A stretch of DNA of 64,000 nucleotides from Hypanus sabinus (GCF_030144855.1 NC_082717.1:106826001-106890000); one strand, 5' to 3'; counted from the stretch's first letter, positions 12,095 through 25,985 are shown. Program-made: numbers and translations. Notes: generated from the sequence alone by a model not told the origin.

Positions 12095-13880
12095 TCATGA
12101 GAAATAGAAAATCTGCAGATGCTGGAGTAATACACACAGAATGCTGGAGGAACTCAGCAGGCCAGGCAGTATCTATAGGAAAGAGTTGACATTTCAGGCC
12201 TGGACCCTTCATCAGGACTGGAAAAAAGAGATGAGCAATCAGAGCAACAAGGTGGGGGGGAAGAGAGGAAGTACATGGTGGTAAACGATAGGTAAAACCG
12301 GGAGAGGGGGATGGCTGAAGTAAACAGCTGGGAAGTTAATTGGTGAAAGAGATAAAGGGCTGGAGAAGGGGGAATTTGAAAGAAGAGAGCAGCAGGTCCT
12401 GGAAGAAAGAGAAGGGGGAAGAGCACCAGAGGGAGGTGATAGGCAGGTAAGAAGATAAGGGGAGAGAGGGAAATGGGAATGGGGAATGGTGAAGGTGGGA
12501 GGGGGAATTTCTGGAAGTTCGAGAAATTGCAGTTCAAGCCATCAGGTTGGAGGCTACCCAAGCAGAATATAAGGTGATACTTCTCCAACCTGAGTGTTGT
12601 CTCACTGCAGCAGGACTGACATGTTGGAATGGGAATGGAAAGTAGAATGGAGATTTGAAGTAGGTGGCCACTGGGAGATACCACTTTTTCTGGCTTGGTG
12701 AAGCTGTCTCCCAATTTACGTTGGGTCTCACCAATAAAAAAGGAGGCCACACCAGGAGCACTGGACACAGTATATAACCCCAACAGACTCACAGGTGAAG
12801 TGTTACTTCACTTGGAAGTCCTGTTTGGGGACCTGAATGGTAGAGTGGGAGGAAGTGTAGGGCAGGTTGGCACTTGTTCTGCTAGCAAGGATAAGTAACA
12901 GGAGGGAGGTCAGTGGGAAGGGACAAATGACAAGGGATTCGCATGTGGAGCAATCCCTGTGGGAAGTGGGATGGGAAAGATGTGCTGGGTGGAAGGATTC
13001 CACTGGAGATGACGGAGGTTAGGGAGAAGTATGTGTTGGATGCAGAGGCTGCACTAGGGTAGGTGAGAACAAGAGGAACCTGATACTGGTAGGGTGGCGG
13101 GTGGATGGGGTGAGGGCAGTGGTGATGGTGGAGGAAGGAAAGCCTCCTTCATTCCGGAATGAAAAGCCTCTTCCTGAGTGCAGACACGACAGAGATGGAG
13201 GAATTGAGAGTAGGGAATGGCACTTGTTTTTACATTGACAGGTTTGGAAGAGGTATAGTCCAGGCAGCTGTGAGAATTTGTGAGTTTAGAACCATAGAAC
13301 ACTACAGCACAGTACAGGCCCTTCAGCCCTCCATGTTGTGCTGACCCATATAATCCTTAAAAAAAAGTACTAAACATGACCTCTCTATTCTTGAACTCAA
13401 TCCCCCTGTTAATGAAGCATAGCATCCAATAGGCCTTCTTAACCACCCTATCAACCTGTGCAGCGACCTTGAGGGATGTATGGATTTGAACAAAAAAGGG
13501 CCCTTTGTTCATCCACACTCTTAAGTAACTGACCATTAATCCTGCACTCAGTCTTCTGGTTTGTCCTTCCAAAATGCAAAAGATAATGGTAGATAAACCA
13601 TCTCCATAGATAGAGACAGAGAAATTGAGAAAGGGGAAGGAGGTTTTGGAAATGGACCAGGTAAACTTGAGGGCAGGGTGGCAGTTGGAGGCAAAGTTTA
13701 TGAAGTTGACGAGCTCAGCATGGCTGCAAGAAGCAGCACCAATGCAATCATTGATGTAGCATCATTAAAGTTGGGCAGTGATACCAGTGTTGCCGACAAA
13801 AAGGCAGGCATCGCTGGGTCCCATGTGCATACCCATGGCTACACCTTTTGTTTGAAGGAAGTGGGAGAAGCCAGAAGAGA
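12095..13880 (-). mobile_element. Penelope-like element with nested CR1 3' fragment (about 13285-13580)
   Basis: FIGETQRKLGD (GIY-YIG), LGSLQPDGLN, DYTSS...AIPYSQFL; terminal SPDEGSRPEMST region containing a hammerhead core. Confidence 0.8.
12185..12221 (-). ncRNA. Decayed minimal hammerhead ribozyme (Penelope-associated)
   Basis: Minus strand CAGTC-CTGATGA-AGGGTCCAGGCCT-GAAA-TGTC-AACT: core boxes, helix II and partial helix I. Confidence 0.55.
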
Positions 13881-13889
13881 AATTATTGA

Positions 13890-14684
13890 GAGTTTCATGT
13901 CAGTGGTAGGGGAGATACTGGAGAGGATTCTTTGGAATAGGATTTATGAGCGTTTGAAAAATCATGGCCTAATTAGGGAAAACCAGCACGGCTTTGTGTG
14001 GGACAAGTACTGTCTTGCTAACTTGACTGAGTTTTTTGATGAGGTGATGAGGGTAATTGATGAAGGTACTATAGATCTCTTGTCCACATGAAGTTTAGTC
14101 AGGAGTTTGACAAGGTTGCTCATGAGAAGCTTATCAGAAGGTTAAGATGAATTGGCCATTTGGATTCAGAACTGGCTTGTCCACAGAAGATAGAGGGTAG
14201 TGATCACAGGGATTGTACTGGGACCTCATATATATAAATGACCTAGATGAAAATATAGATGGGTGGGTTAGTAAGTTTATAGATGATGCAAAGATTGGTA
14301 GTGTTGTGGATAGTGTAGAAGATGGGCAAAGAATACAGTGGGATATAGATCAGTAGCAGATAATGGCAGATGGAGATTAACCCGGCTAAATGTTAAGTGT
14401 TACACCTTGGTAAGTCAAAATTAAAGATTTACTGTACTGTTAAGGATAAGCCCCTCAACTGTGTTGATGAGCAGAGAGATCTTGAGTCCAAGTTCATAGC
14501 TCCATGAAAGGGGCTACAGAGGTTGATAAGGTGGTTAAGAAGGATATGGCATGCTCCCTGTGGCACTGAGTTCAAAAGTCAGGAAGCTATATTGCAGCTT
14601 TATAAACTCGAGTTAGACAACATCTAGAGTATTGTATACAGTTTTGGTTACACCATTAAAGGAAGGATGTCGAGACTCTGGAGA
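13890..14684 (+). mobile_element. CR1 RT fragment abutting the H2B relic
   Basis: LIRENQHGFVWDKYCLANLTEFFDEV and downstream RT motifs. Confidence 0.85.
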
Positions 14685-14995
14685 AACACCTGCATCTCCT
14701 CCAAGGCCATGAGCATCATGAACTCATTCATGAACGATATTTTCAAGCGCATCACAGGTGAGGCTTCCTGCCTGGCCCATTACAAGAAACAGTCAACCAT
14801 CAGCTCCCCGGAGATCCAGACTGCCATGTGGCTACCACTGCTCAAGAAGCTGTCCAGTCTCGTCGTGTTAGAAGGAACAAAGGTGGTGACCAAGTACACC
14901 AGCTCAAAGTGTATTTCCGCAGGATCCTGACAAAACAAACTGAAAACCCAATGGCTCTATTAAATGCCACACACAGTTTCCATGGAAGAGTTGTC
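14685..14995 (+). pseudogene. H2B: Histone H2B pseudogene, 5'-truncated
   Basis: [17 protein letters not shown]...[13 protein letters not shown] matches H2B from about residue 51 to the end; stop codon lost (TGT at 14910); decayed stem-loop GGCTCTATTAAATGCC at 14953-14968 and HDE-like GGAAGAGTTG. Confidence 0.92.
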
Positions 14996-15959
14996 TTAAT
15001 ATTTCGATAATACTTTTCTATATCTGCTTCAATATTTCTCTTTCGAGAGATAATATTCATCAGGATCATGTTGATGACAATTAGCCATCCCCCTGCCTGG
15101 TGACAATCCTGCACACTGAACTAACATGGATCTTCCCCTTCTTCTGCCCCGTTAGTTTGTCTTCATCTTCAAATACTTGTCCCACTGAACTCTCCATTGA
15201 CAGAGGAAGACACTGAACAGGATTTTTGTATGCTTTCTGTTCTTCATGTTCTAGTGAATGCCTTTTCGTTACTCCATTTCCAAGGTGCCCTGAATCTACA
15301 TCAGAATAAATTAACGGTGATATCGCTGTTTCTGTGCTTCCACCACAGATCATGAAGTGACCCTTCCATGATGTGATGTGTTTTTGCAAAGAGGGACACA
15401 TTCCCAGAGACAGTTACGGTAGAATTAATTCACATTCTGTGCGGACAGTAACCTGGATTACGTGAGTGGCCATGCAGGGAGTCCACGTTCACAGAGAGGT
15501 TCTAATTGCTTTCCTTTGGTCTGTTGTTTAATTTAATTTTTTCTTTAGTGCCAAACTGAGGAGGCTGAGTCATCACCCAAGCATATCAAAGCAGCAGGGC
15601 CCGGATCCGAGAACCAGGAATGAGCACCAGGCCAGATTGAAAGTGTCAGTCGGTCAGGGCTGGGGTGAGGGAGGTGTTCAGCTTGCTGCTCGGTGGGGTT
15701 TATTTGTCCCTGTGCTGAACTGAGGCTGTGGTCTGTAACTAACAGGCTCCTGGACGGGCTTCGTGGCTGTGAACTCATTTTCATGAACTTTAGTTCTGAA
15801 TATTATTTATTTTTTATTTTTTGCACGATTTGTTCTTTTTTGCACATTGAGTGTTTGAGTCTTTTTTAATGAGCTCTGTTGGGTTTCTTAGCTTTGTGAC
15901 TGTCTCTAAGGAGATGAAGCTGAAGGCTGTTTGATAAAAAAATACCTTGAAGTTTGTTC

Positions 15960-16571
<612 letters not shown>

Positions 16572-16601
16572 AGAGACAAAGCGACAATTTAGAAACCCAA
16601 A

Positions 16602-16643
16602 GGCTCTTTTCAGAGCCACTCAGATTGTCTGTGGAAGGGCTGA
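16602..16643 (+). terminator. Histone 3' stem-loop and HDE of H2A copy 2
   Basis: GGCTCTTTTCAGAGCC at 16602-16617, then GGAAGGGCTG. Confidence 0.95.
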
Positions 16644-17554
16644 GTACCGGCTGGGGTGGGTCCGAGGATTTCCGTTCTGTGTGTCTGTCGTAGACAAGGG
16701 CTTAAGCTCTCAACTCTAAAGTGTATTTTCTCCGCAGAAAAGAAAAGGAATTTATCCGTGCACTTAATTTAGATTTACCAATTTTCTGCCCATTTTTACC
16801 GAAAATGAAAATCGCCCCGCTTCCTGGTTAATACAGAGAGAGATTTGATTGGCGGTAAATCGCCTAATTTAATTGGCGAGTGTAAATGCCCAATCAGTGC
16901 GGCCTTATTCACCGAAAACCGTGAAGTCCTCCCAAGAGTAAAATAATTTTATAGTACGGTCTAAAAGTAAATAACTACAGATGTGTGCCAATAGGAGCCG
17001 TCACATGACCCTGATCAATGTACATAAGACAACGTAAATTTATTAAAATACGGACGCCACACAACCTTTAATTTCATCATCTTGTAGGATCCCAAAGTGA
17101 ATTATATAACCTATGAAAAACTACACACAACAAAGACCGACAAACGACCAATGTGCAAAAGAGGACAAATCGTGCAAACAAAAATAATATTAAGCATGAC
17201 CCTCAGAATCCCCGAAAAATAGTTCTCCGGTACGAGAGATTTGCATATTGAATCACCGATTAGTACAAATGCTGATTCATGGAACATGACAGGTTTTTAT
17301 TATGTAAAGCGTATTATGTTATGGACGGTTCACAAACTGCGGTCGGGGCCGAGACTGTAATGTGAAGTTGTTTTGTGAAAGGACCGTGAGCCTATTCTGA
17401 ATCTCGAGTCGACTCAGAATAAGACTCATGACAACTTCAAAGTACCTAAATAACCACCTTCACGGCAATTAAACCGCATCAGCAACAACAAAAATCTGCC
17501 TCACAAGAATAAGCTCTTTGTGTAAAGTTGCGTGTGCGTGTCTGAAGATCGAAC

Positions 17555-17760
17555 CAAGTGACGTAGGAAAGGTTAAAATCAGTACAGTGGGTGGGAGAAC
17601 CAATCGCAACCCGCCCGGAGCCCGGTAACTCTGGCAGGGCGGTGGAAGCGGAATTGGAAGAAGCTGACGCCGAGAATCATTGCTTTTCTTGCAACAGTGG
17701 CTGCAGATCTCAGATCTGATCGAGTTGTTTATACCCGGGGCGTGAAACTGCTCAAATGCA
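17555..17760. promoter_or_regulatory. CpG-rich promoter-like element with no assigned gene
   Basis: TGACGT at 17559, CCAAT at 17600, GC boxes at 17611 and 17637, CGGAA ETS-like core; octamer ATTTGCAT at 17239. Confidence 0.45.
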
Positions 17761-18257
17761 AAATCGACACACGGGAATTCTGAACGTACAAGGCTGTGAG
17801 CCGACGGAGGGGATGGGTCTGAATAGACGGTATTGTCCTGTGCGGGCTGAATGGCCTCACTCTGCGCCAGTCATTCCTGGAATGGTTTTATTCTTTCCCA
17901 GCGTGATGGCATCGCCAGCAGGGACACCAATATCCCCAAATCCCTAGACGTTCCGGAGTGATTTCTAGCCCATTTCAGAGGGCAGAGAAGGGTCGGCGAC
18001 GCCGTAGCGTATCGGGTGTTAGAGAGGCCGGGGAAATGACAGCAGATTTCCTCCCGTGGACAGATAAGCTTTCACCACAGGCCAGTACTCGCCACACTGG
18101 ACCAGCTGTTTGTTCCAGACTGTTTATTTCTGCTGTGGTGCCCACTGATTCTGGAGGCTCACACAATCAACGTTGTGAGTAGAAAAGAGTATGTTAATGA
18201 GGGCAATGTTGTTTACATAGACCTCGGTGAGGACTTTAACGTTTGAGGCATCAGAGT

Positions 18258-18759
18258 TGTCAGGGCGCTGAAGCAGGGACCCAAGTATTGTGCACACTGT
18301 GATATTTACTGAGTAGCAAATCCGCGGGGGCAACAAAGTCGGCGTCAAAGTTCAGGCAGAGATCAAAACATTCAGAGAAATTTAAAAACCGGAAACAGGC
18401 AGAATCGATACTCAGACAGACAGAGGACAGATACGAATGCTGGAAAGGCTCAAAAAAATTCACTGGCACAATCAGGCAACAAACAGGGGAAAACACGGGA
18501 CTGAAATACACTGAGCAATAAACAGAGTGGCAGATGATAGGTGGAGCCCAATGAGACAGAAGTGCAGCAAAATAGGTAATAATGAGAAACAGTTGAGAGG
18601 CGGAGTACTCAGTAATACAGGGGCTGGAGTAGAGCAGGAGCAGAGACAGGAGCACATGGGGCATGAAAACAAATAAGAGCACATGGCAATACAAAGCCAC
18701 AGACTGATGGCTAGGAGGAAATCACACAAAAAGACAAAGTTCAGCTGGGGGTACTGGCA
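18258..18759. mobile_element. Solo LTR
   Basis: TGTCAG...CTGGCA termini with imperfect 5-bp TSD AGAGT/GGAGT, inserted in a CR1 fragment. Confidence 0.6.
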
Positions 18760-19395
18760 GGAGTCTGGTCCAAACTATTCGAGCCCATGAGATAGAAGGT
18801 GAGGTGGCAAACTGGAACTGAAATCAGTTTGGTTTATGGGAGGCAGAGGGTGGTGGTGGAGATTTGTTCTCACTGGAAGTCTGTGATCAGTGGTGTATCA
18901 CACAATCGGTGCTAGGATCCTTTATGTTTGTGACAGACAACAACTTGGATGTTAAAGTAGGTGATGTGATTGATAAGTTTGCAAGTGACATGAAAATCTG
19001 TGGAAGTGTAGAGAGTGAGAAAAATTGACTTGGACAGAACATGATATTCATCAGGCAGTGGAATGGGAGATGGAATTCAGTCTTGACAAGTGAGAGGGAA
19101 CTGGTACATTGGTTTTTATCACAGGGGTTGGAGATCAGAAAAAGGGAAGTATTAATATAAATGTACAGGGAGTTGTTGAGCTCACACTGAGAAACCAGAT
19201 ACAAGTCCTTCAGGATTTGGAAAAGTGAGGGGTGAACTTCCTGAATCACACAAAGCCCTTAGGAGTGTTGACAGGAGAGCTGTTGGGATATTTCCAAAGT
19301 TACAAGGTCAGAGAGCCATTTAAAGCTAATATGCAGGATCATCTCATGGAGGGGAGGGGATGTTTGGAATTCTCTATCCCGGAGGGTGTGGAGGC

Positions 19396-20211
19396 TGTTA
19401 CGTACTCGTGATACATGACAGTGGAGCCCTTGTCATGTGACTGGGGTTGAAGCTGTACTGGACTTGAGGTGATGGTCTTGTGATGGTGGAATGACGTCAT
19501 TTCCCGCCAGTAGAGATCATGTGACAGGTTTTTTTTTACAGGTTATAAAAGGTAGACCCCACCCTGTGAGGAGGGGCAGTTCGTGGCTGGATTTGCCAAG
19601 TTGACTTCATGCCACTGCGTGTTTGAAGTGATGACGCAGTTCAGTTGAAGGATGAAGTTTTTATTTAATGTCTAAAGTTTAAAAGGTCATTGCCAGCAGG
19701 TTCTTTATGATTCTGTTAGTTTGAGAATTAGAGGAGAGTGAAGATTCAAAGTTGGAAGTTAAAGATCGAGGAGAATCGCTTTCTACGGTGAAACGGGGGC
19801 GACCTTTGTTTGATCCTTATTTGGAAGGATTTCGTTGACTATCTTCGTGTTAATCCCTAGGTTTACCTAGAAAGGATTGAAGGTAGTGGAGAAGGAAAGG
19901 TCAGTGCCTTTAAGCCGTTCTGTTTCGTAAATTCTTCGTGGGAAGTTCGACGTCGGGGATCGAAGCAAGCGACGTGAAAGAGAATTTAAATCGTCCTGTA
20001 AAGTCTCTCCTTTTAAATGGACTGTGAGCATATCGAACTTTTGGAATACCACTTTAAAGAACTGTTTGAACAGCCGCTCAGCAGCTGTTTCCGGTTACGG
20101 TAGTGTTTGTTTACTTTTGGGGGGTTTGCTTTCTGTGTTTAATAAACGTGTTGTTTGTTATAAGAAACCCTTGCCGATCTCATATATTTATTGTTGCCTG
20201 AATACGTAACA
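19396..20211 (+). mobile_element. Solo LTR (816 bp)
   Basis: Perfect 9-bp inverted termini TGTTACGTA...TACGTAACA, TSD AGGC/AGGC, TATAAAA at about 19544, AATAAA at 20141. Confidence 0.92.
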
Positions 20212-20379
20212 AGGCCAAGTCACTGGAGGGATGTAATGAGAATGGAGATACATTTTGGAAAGATCAGGAGGTTTGAGTGATGTGGAACTGGAGAGGCGGT
20301 GAGGCCTGGGACTGATCAGCCAGGTTCACGTGGTATGGTGGGGCAGGGTGAGGGGCCAGGTGGGTGACTCCTGCTCCTC

Positions 20380-21590
20380 CACCTCTTCAATAACTTCCAG
20401 TTCCCAGGTCCCGACCATTACATTTTCACTATGGATGTCCAATCCTTATACACTTCCATTCCCCATCAAGTAGGCCTCAAAACCCTCCACTACTTTCTTG
20501 ATAATAGACCTCACCAGTTCCCCACCACCACCACCCTCCTCTGGTTGGCGGAACTGGTACTCACACTTAATAACTTCTCTTTTGGCTCTTCCCACTTTCT
20601 CCAGACCAAGGGTGTAGCTATGGGCACTCACATGGGCCCCAGCTATGCCTGCCTCTTTGTTAGTTATGTGGAACAATCTATGCTCCAAACCTATACTGGT
20701 ACTGCTGCCCAACTTTTCCTTCGCTAAATTGATGACTGCGTTGGTGCTGCTTCCTGCACCCATGCTGAGCTCATCAATTTCATCGACTTTGCCTCTAACT
20801 TCCACGCAGCCCTCAAATTCACTTGATCCATCTCGGACACTTCTCTCCCCTTTCTCAATCTCTCGGTCTCCATCTCTGGAGACAGACTGTCCACTGATAT
20901 CTTCTATAAACCCACTGACTCCCATAACTACCTTGATTACACCTTTTCCTACCCTGCCAAATGTAAAAATGCTATTCCCTATTCCCAGTTCTTCCGTCTC
21001 TGCCACATCTGCTCCAAGGATGAGACTTTCTGTTCCAGGACATCTCAAATGTCCTCTTTCTTTAAGGATCATGGTCTCCCTTCTGCCATCATCAATGATG
21101 CCCTCACCCACATCTCCTCTATCTTCCACACTTCAGCCCTCGTCTCATTCTCCCGTCACCACAACAGGGACAGAGTTCCCCTTGTCCTCACCCACCACCC
21201 CACCAGCTTCTGGATCCAGCACAGTATCCTCCGCAGCTTCCGCCACCTTCAACAGGACCCCACCACTAAGCACATCTTTCCCTCTCTACCCCTCTCCGCT
21301 TTCTGCTGGGATCATTCCCTCTGCGACTCCCTGGTCCACACGTCCCTCCCCACGGATCTCCCACCTGGCACTTATCCCTGCAAACGTAAGTGCTACACCT
21401 GTCCCTACACCTCCTTTCTTACAGGGCCCCAAACAGTCCTTCCAGGTGAGGCAACACTTCACTTCTGAGTTTGTTGGTGTAATCTATTGCATCCGGTGCT
21501 CCCGGTGTGGCCTGCTCTACATCAGTGAGACCCGACGCAGATTGTGGGTCCGCTTTGTCGAGCACCTCTGCTCCATCCGCCACAACAAAA
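20380..21590 (+). mobile_element. Penelope-like element (RT plus GIY-YIG), degenerate
   Basis: MDVQSLYTSIPH, GVAMGTHMGPSYACLF, VIYCIRCSRCGLLYISETRRRL..RFVEH; in-frame stops. Confidence 0.92.
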
Positions 21591-21924
21591 AACTCTCCAG
21601 ACTATGCAGTGAGCACACAGGCCTGTACACACCCAGCATTAGGAACAAAGTGTTAATTTGTCTGTAGTACCAGAGGGTGTGGACTGAATTGTATAGTTCT
21701 CAGCTGTTCTCACTGAAGAGAGGGGCATTGTCATCTAGACTTGGCCTCCATGGGCACCTGTGGCAATGAATTCCACAGATTCACCACCCTCCAGCTGCAG
21801 AAATTCTTTCTCATCTCTGTTCTAAATGGATGTTCCTCTGTTCTGAGGCTGTGCCAGCATATCCTTTCTTAGATAAGTAGCCCAAAACTGCTCACGTTAT
21901 TTCAAGTACAGTCTGACTAATGTC

Positions 21925-22420
21925 ATAGAAACATAGAAAACCTACAGCACAATACAGGCCCTTCAGCCCACAAAGCTGTGCCGAACAAGTCGTTACCTTA
22001 GAAATTACCTAGGTTACTCATAGCCCTCTGTTTTTCTGAGCTCCATGTACCTGTCCAGGAGTCTCATGAAACCCTATTGTATCCATCTCCATCACTGCTC
22101 CGGCAGCCCATTCCATGCACTCACCATTCTCTGTGCAAAAAACTTACCATGGACATCTCCTCTGTACTTCCAAGCACCTTAAAACTGTGCCCTCTCATGC
22201 TAGCCATTTCAGCGCTGGAGAAAAGCCTCTGACTATCCACATGATCAATGCCTCTCATCATCTTATAGACCTCGATCAGGTCACCTCTCATCCTCCATCA
22301 CTCCAAGGAGAAAAGGCCAAGTTCACTCAACCTGTTTTCATAAGGCATGCTCCTCAATCCAGGCAACATCCTTGTAAATCTCCTCTGCACCCTTTCTATG
22401 GTTTCCACATCCTTCCTGTA
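21925..22420 (-). mobile_element. CR1 3' fragment
   Basis: Tail (TTCTATG)n-like and ORF2 end homologous to 24450-24735 and 59880-60200. Confidence 0.8.
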
Positions 22421-22429
22421 ACCAAAACT

Positions 22430-23150
22430 GACAGACAGACAGACATACTTTATTGATCCTGAGAGAAATTGGGTTTTGTTACAGTCACACCAAACAAGAA
22501 TAGGAGATACAGCAATATAAATCCATAAATAATTAAATAATAATAAGTAAATTATGCCAAGTGGAAATTAGTCCAAGACCAGCCTATTGGCTCAGGGTGT
22601 CTGACACTCCGAGGGAGGAGTTGTAAAGTTTGATGGCCACAGGCAGGAATGACTTCCTATGACGCTCAGTGTTGCATCTCAGTGGAATGAGTCTCTGGCT
22701 GAATGTACTCCTGTGCCTAACCAGTACATTATGGAGTGGATGGGAGACATTGTCCAAGATAGCATGCAATTTCTTTTCAGATACCACCGTCAGAGAGTCC
22801 AGTTCCACCCCCACAACATCACTGGCCTTATGAATGAGTTTGTTGATTCTATTGGTGTCTGCTACCCTCAGCCTGCTGCCCCAGCACACAACAGCAAACA
22901 TGATAGCACTGGCCACCACAGATTCGTAGAACATCCTCAGCATCGTCTGGCAGATGTTAAAGGACCTCAGTCTCCTCAGGAAATAGAGATGATTCTGACC
23001 CTTCTTGTAGACAGCCTCAGTGTTCTTTGACCAGTCCAGCTTATTGTCAATTCATATCCCCAGGTATTTTTAATCTTCCACCATGTCCACACTGACCCCT
23101 TGGATGGAAGCAGGGGTCACTGGTGCCTTAGCCCTCCTCAGGTCCACCAC
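22430..23150 (-). mobile_element. Rex1/Babar-type LINE 3' fragment
   Basis: FYESVVASAIMFAVVCWG...HPLH...RCNTERHRKSFLPVAIKLYN; (TGTC)n tail. Confidence 0.85.
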
Positions 23151-23860
23151 CAGGGTGGAGAAACATTTACAATTTTCCAGTGCTTCAGAACCATTCCAGA
23201 ATGTCGTGATTCTTGAAAGATCACTACAAAAGCCCCCACAATCTCTTCAGCTACCACTTTCAGAGCTCTGAGGTATAGTTCATCTGGTCCAGGTGAATTA
23301 TTTATTTTCAAACCTTTCAGCCTTCGAAGCACCTTCTCCATAGTAATAGCAACCACACTCACTTCTGATCCCTGACACTCTCAAATTTCAGATATACTCC
23401 TAGAGTCTTCCACAGTGAAAATACTATTAAGGTCATCTGCCATTTCTATTTCCATGTTACCACCACTTCAACATCATTTTCCAGTGGTACGATATCCACT
23501 CTGTCCTCTCTTTCGCTCTTCATGAATATGAATAATAAAACTTCTGTATCCACTTTTATATGATTGGCAAACCAAATTTCATCTTTTCACTTATGGCTTA
23601 TTCAGCTGCTTTCTGTTGGTTTTTAAAAGCTTCCTAAACCTCCAACTTAACACTAATTTTTGCTGTATTGTATGCTGTTCTTTGGTTTTATGCTGTCTTT
23701 GACTCTCTTGTCACCAGCAGTTGTGCCTTCTGAATTGTTCCCAGATACTCCAGCCATGGCTGTTCTGCCTTCATCCCTGCTAGTGTCCCCATCCAATCAA
23801 CTTCGGCCAGCTCCTCTCTCATGCCTTGGTAATTCCGTTTACTCCACTATAATGCTGAAA
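23150..23860 (-). mobile_element. CR1 fragment
   Basis: LKINNSPGPDELYLRALK. Confidence 0.75.
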
Positions 23861-24009
23861 GGTTTCAATGAGATCCCCTCCCACCCACCCCCAGTCTTCT
23901 AAATTCCGGCGAGTTTGTGCCCAGAGCCATCAAACACTCCTGATACATTAACCTTTTCCCCACCGGATCATTCTCATGAATCTCTCCAATGCCAGCACAT
24001 CCTTTCTTA

Positions 24010-24365
24010 CATTATGGTTGGTGTAGGTGATTGTGATCTTTCCATGACCATGATTGTTCACAGCAAATTTTTGAACTGATGTGGTGTGCCATTGTCTTCT
24101 TGTCAGTGTCTTTACAAGAATGTGACACCAACCTTTATTAATACTCTTCAGAGTTTGTCTGCCTGGCATCAGTGGTCATATAGCCAGGACGTGATATGCA
24201 CCAGCTGCACATAGGACCATCCACCTCTTGCTCCCATGGCTTCATATGGTCCTGAACAGGGGGCAAAACAGGTGCTACATCTTGTCCAAGGGCGGCCTGC
24301 AGGCTAGCAGAGGGAAGGAGCATATTACACCTTCATTGGCAGAGATGTATCTCCACCCTGCCACC
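24010..24365. mobile_element. Interspersed repeat (SINE-like); a second copy lies at about 63675-64000
   Basis: Shared blocks such as GCCATTGTCTTCTT...CAGTGTCTTTACAAGA and CCTGCAGGCTAGCAGAG. Confidence 0.6.
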
Positions 24366-25184
24366 CTTCCTTCTTATTTCTTGGATAAGGGGCCCAAACT
24401 TACACACAGTGCTCCAAGTCTCTCTAGCCAATGCCTTAAATGGCTAACACGAGAGAGCACAACTTTAAGGTGCTTGAAAGTAGGTACAGAAGAGATGTCA
24501 GGGTAAGTTTTTTTACGCAGAGAGGGGTGTGTGTGGAATAGGCTGCTAGCGACGGTGCTGGAGGCAGATACGATAGGGTCTTTTAAGGACTCCTGGACAG
24601 GTACATGAAGTTTAGAAAAATAGAGGGCTTTGGGTAACCCTCAGTAATTTCTAAAGTATTTACATGTTCGGCACAGCATCATGGGCTGAAGGGCCTGTAT
24701 TGTGCTATAAGTTTTCTATGTTTCTATATGTTCTAATCCCCTCAAAATGGAATTCCAACATTGCATTGTCCTTCCTTTCTACCGACCAACCTGCAAATTA
24801 ACCATTTGGGAATCCTGCACAAGGACACCCAGATCCCTTTGTATTTCTGATTGCTTGATTTGAAACCTATTTAGAAAATAATCTGCTTTTAATCTTTTCA
24901 ACAATATACCATAGACTCTTATCTTGTTTGCAGCCTTACTTACTTCAGGATGCTGTTTATTAACAACAGTTCAGTGCAAGGATTCTACAACTTCTGACCA
25001 TATGTCCATTTCAGGATTTGATTTAATTATTTTTAACAAGTGGAGCCATACCACTCTCTCTGCCCACTAGCCTGTCCTTTCAATATGGAAACTCCAATAC
25101 CCTTGAACAGAAGAGCCTACAAAATACTACTTGGTGCATAAACCTATGGACTCTGCATCTCATGTTCTCAATATTTATTGCTTA

Positions 25185-25221
<37 letters not shown>

Positions 25222-25389
25222 TCTTTTTTTCATGCATTTTGTTCTCTTTTGTGCACTGGTTTGAAACTTATTTTGAAATTGAACCTTTTGTCAGTTTATT
25301 AATTCTGGAAAGTTCTGTAATCTCTCCTGAACTCCCTTCACTTTTACTTGATCCTCACTTTTCCAAACAGTAGAACCCACCCCACCACC

Positions 25390-25985
25390 TTGCCATTTAG
25401 TTTAAAGCCTTATCCACAGTGACTCATGTGGATCCTGGTCCCAGCATGGAACTGGGACCACTGGAACAGCTCCATCCTTCCCCAATCCTGGAGCCAAAGC
25501 CCCACAAACTCAAAATCCACATCTCCTACACCAGTCTTTGAGCCACATACTTAATTGTCTAATCCCATTAACTCTGTGCTAGTTTTAACATGGCTGAAGT
25601 AATAATCCAGAGATTATTACCTTTTTTGGTTCTGCATTTTACTGTAGTCCCCAGCTGCTCAAGTTGTCTAATTGGCAGTACATCAATGGACCATGACAAC
25701 TGGATCTTTTCCTTCCCATTTCAAATTTCTTTGCAAGTCAGATGAGGTGTCTTGAATCCAGACACCAGGAAGACAACACAGCCTTCAGGACTGTCAATTG
25801 TCATGGGAGAATAATGTGTCCATTCCCCTGATAATACTATCCCCAATCACAATTATGTTTCTCCTCTTTCCCCCATCATAAATGGTTCCTTGAACCATGG
25901 TGCTATATTTTAGTTGTTCATCCTTCCCACGGCCCCCATGCTCACAGGGAGCAACAATCTCAGACCCACTGGCCGAGCTCAATGG
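25390..25985 (-). mobile_element. CR1 ORF1 esterase fragment
   Basis: RNIIVIGDSIIRG, the SGNH block I motif of CR1 ORF1. Confidence 0.65.

Noticed and set aside
17239-17520. snRNA gene downstream of the octamer
   Set aside because: No convincing PSE and no recognisable snRNA sequence
20645-21667. 340-aa ORF as a host gene
   Set aside because: Mostly an off-frame reading of a Penelope element that shifts into the GIY-YIG frame near its end
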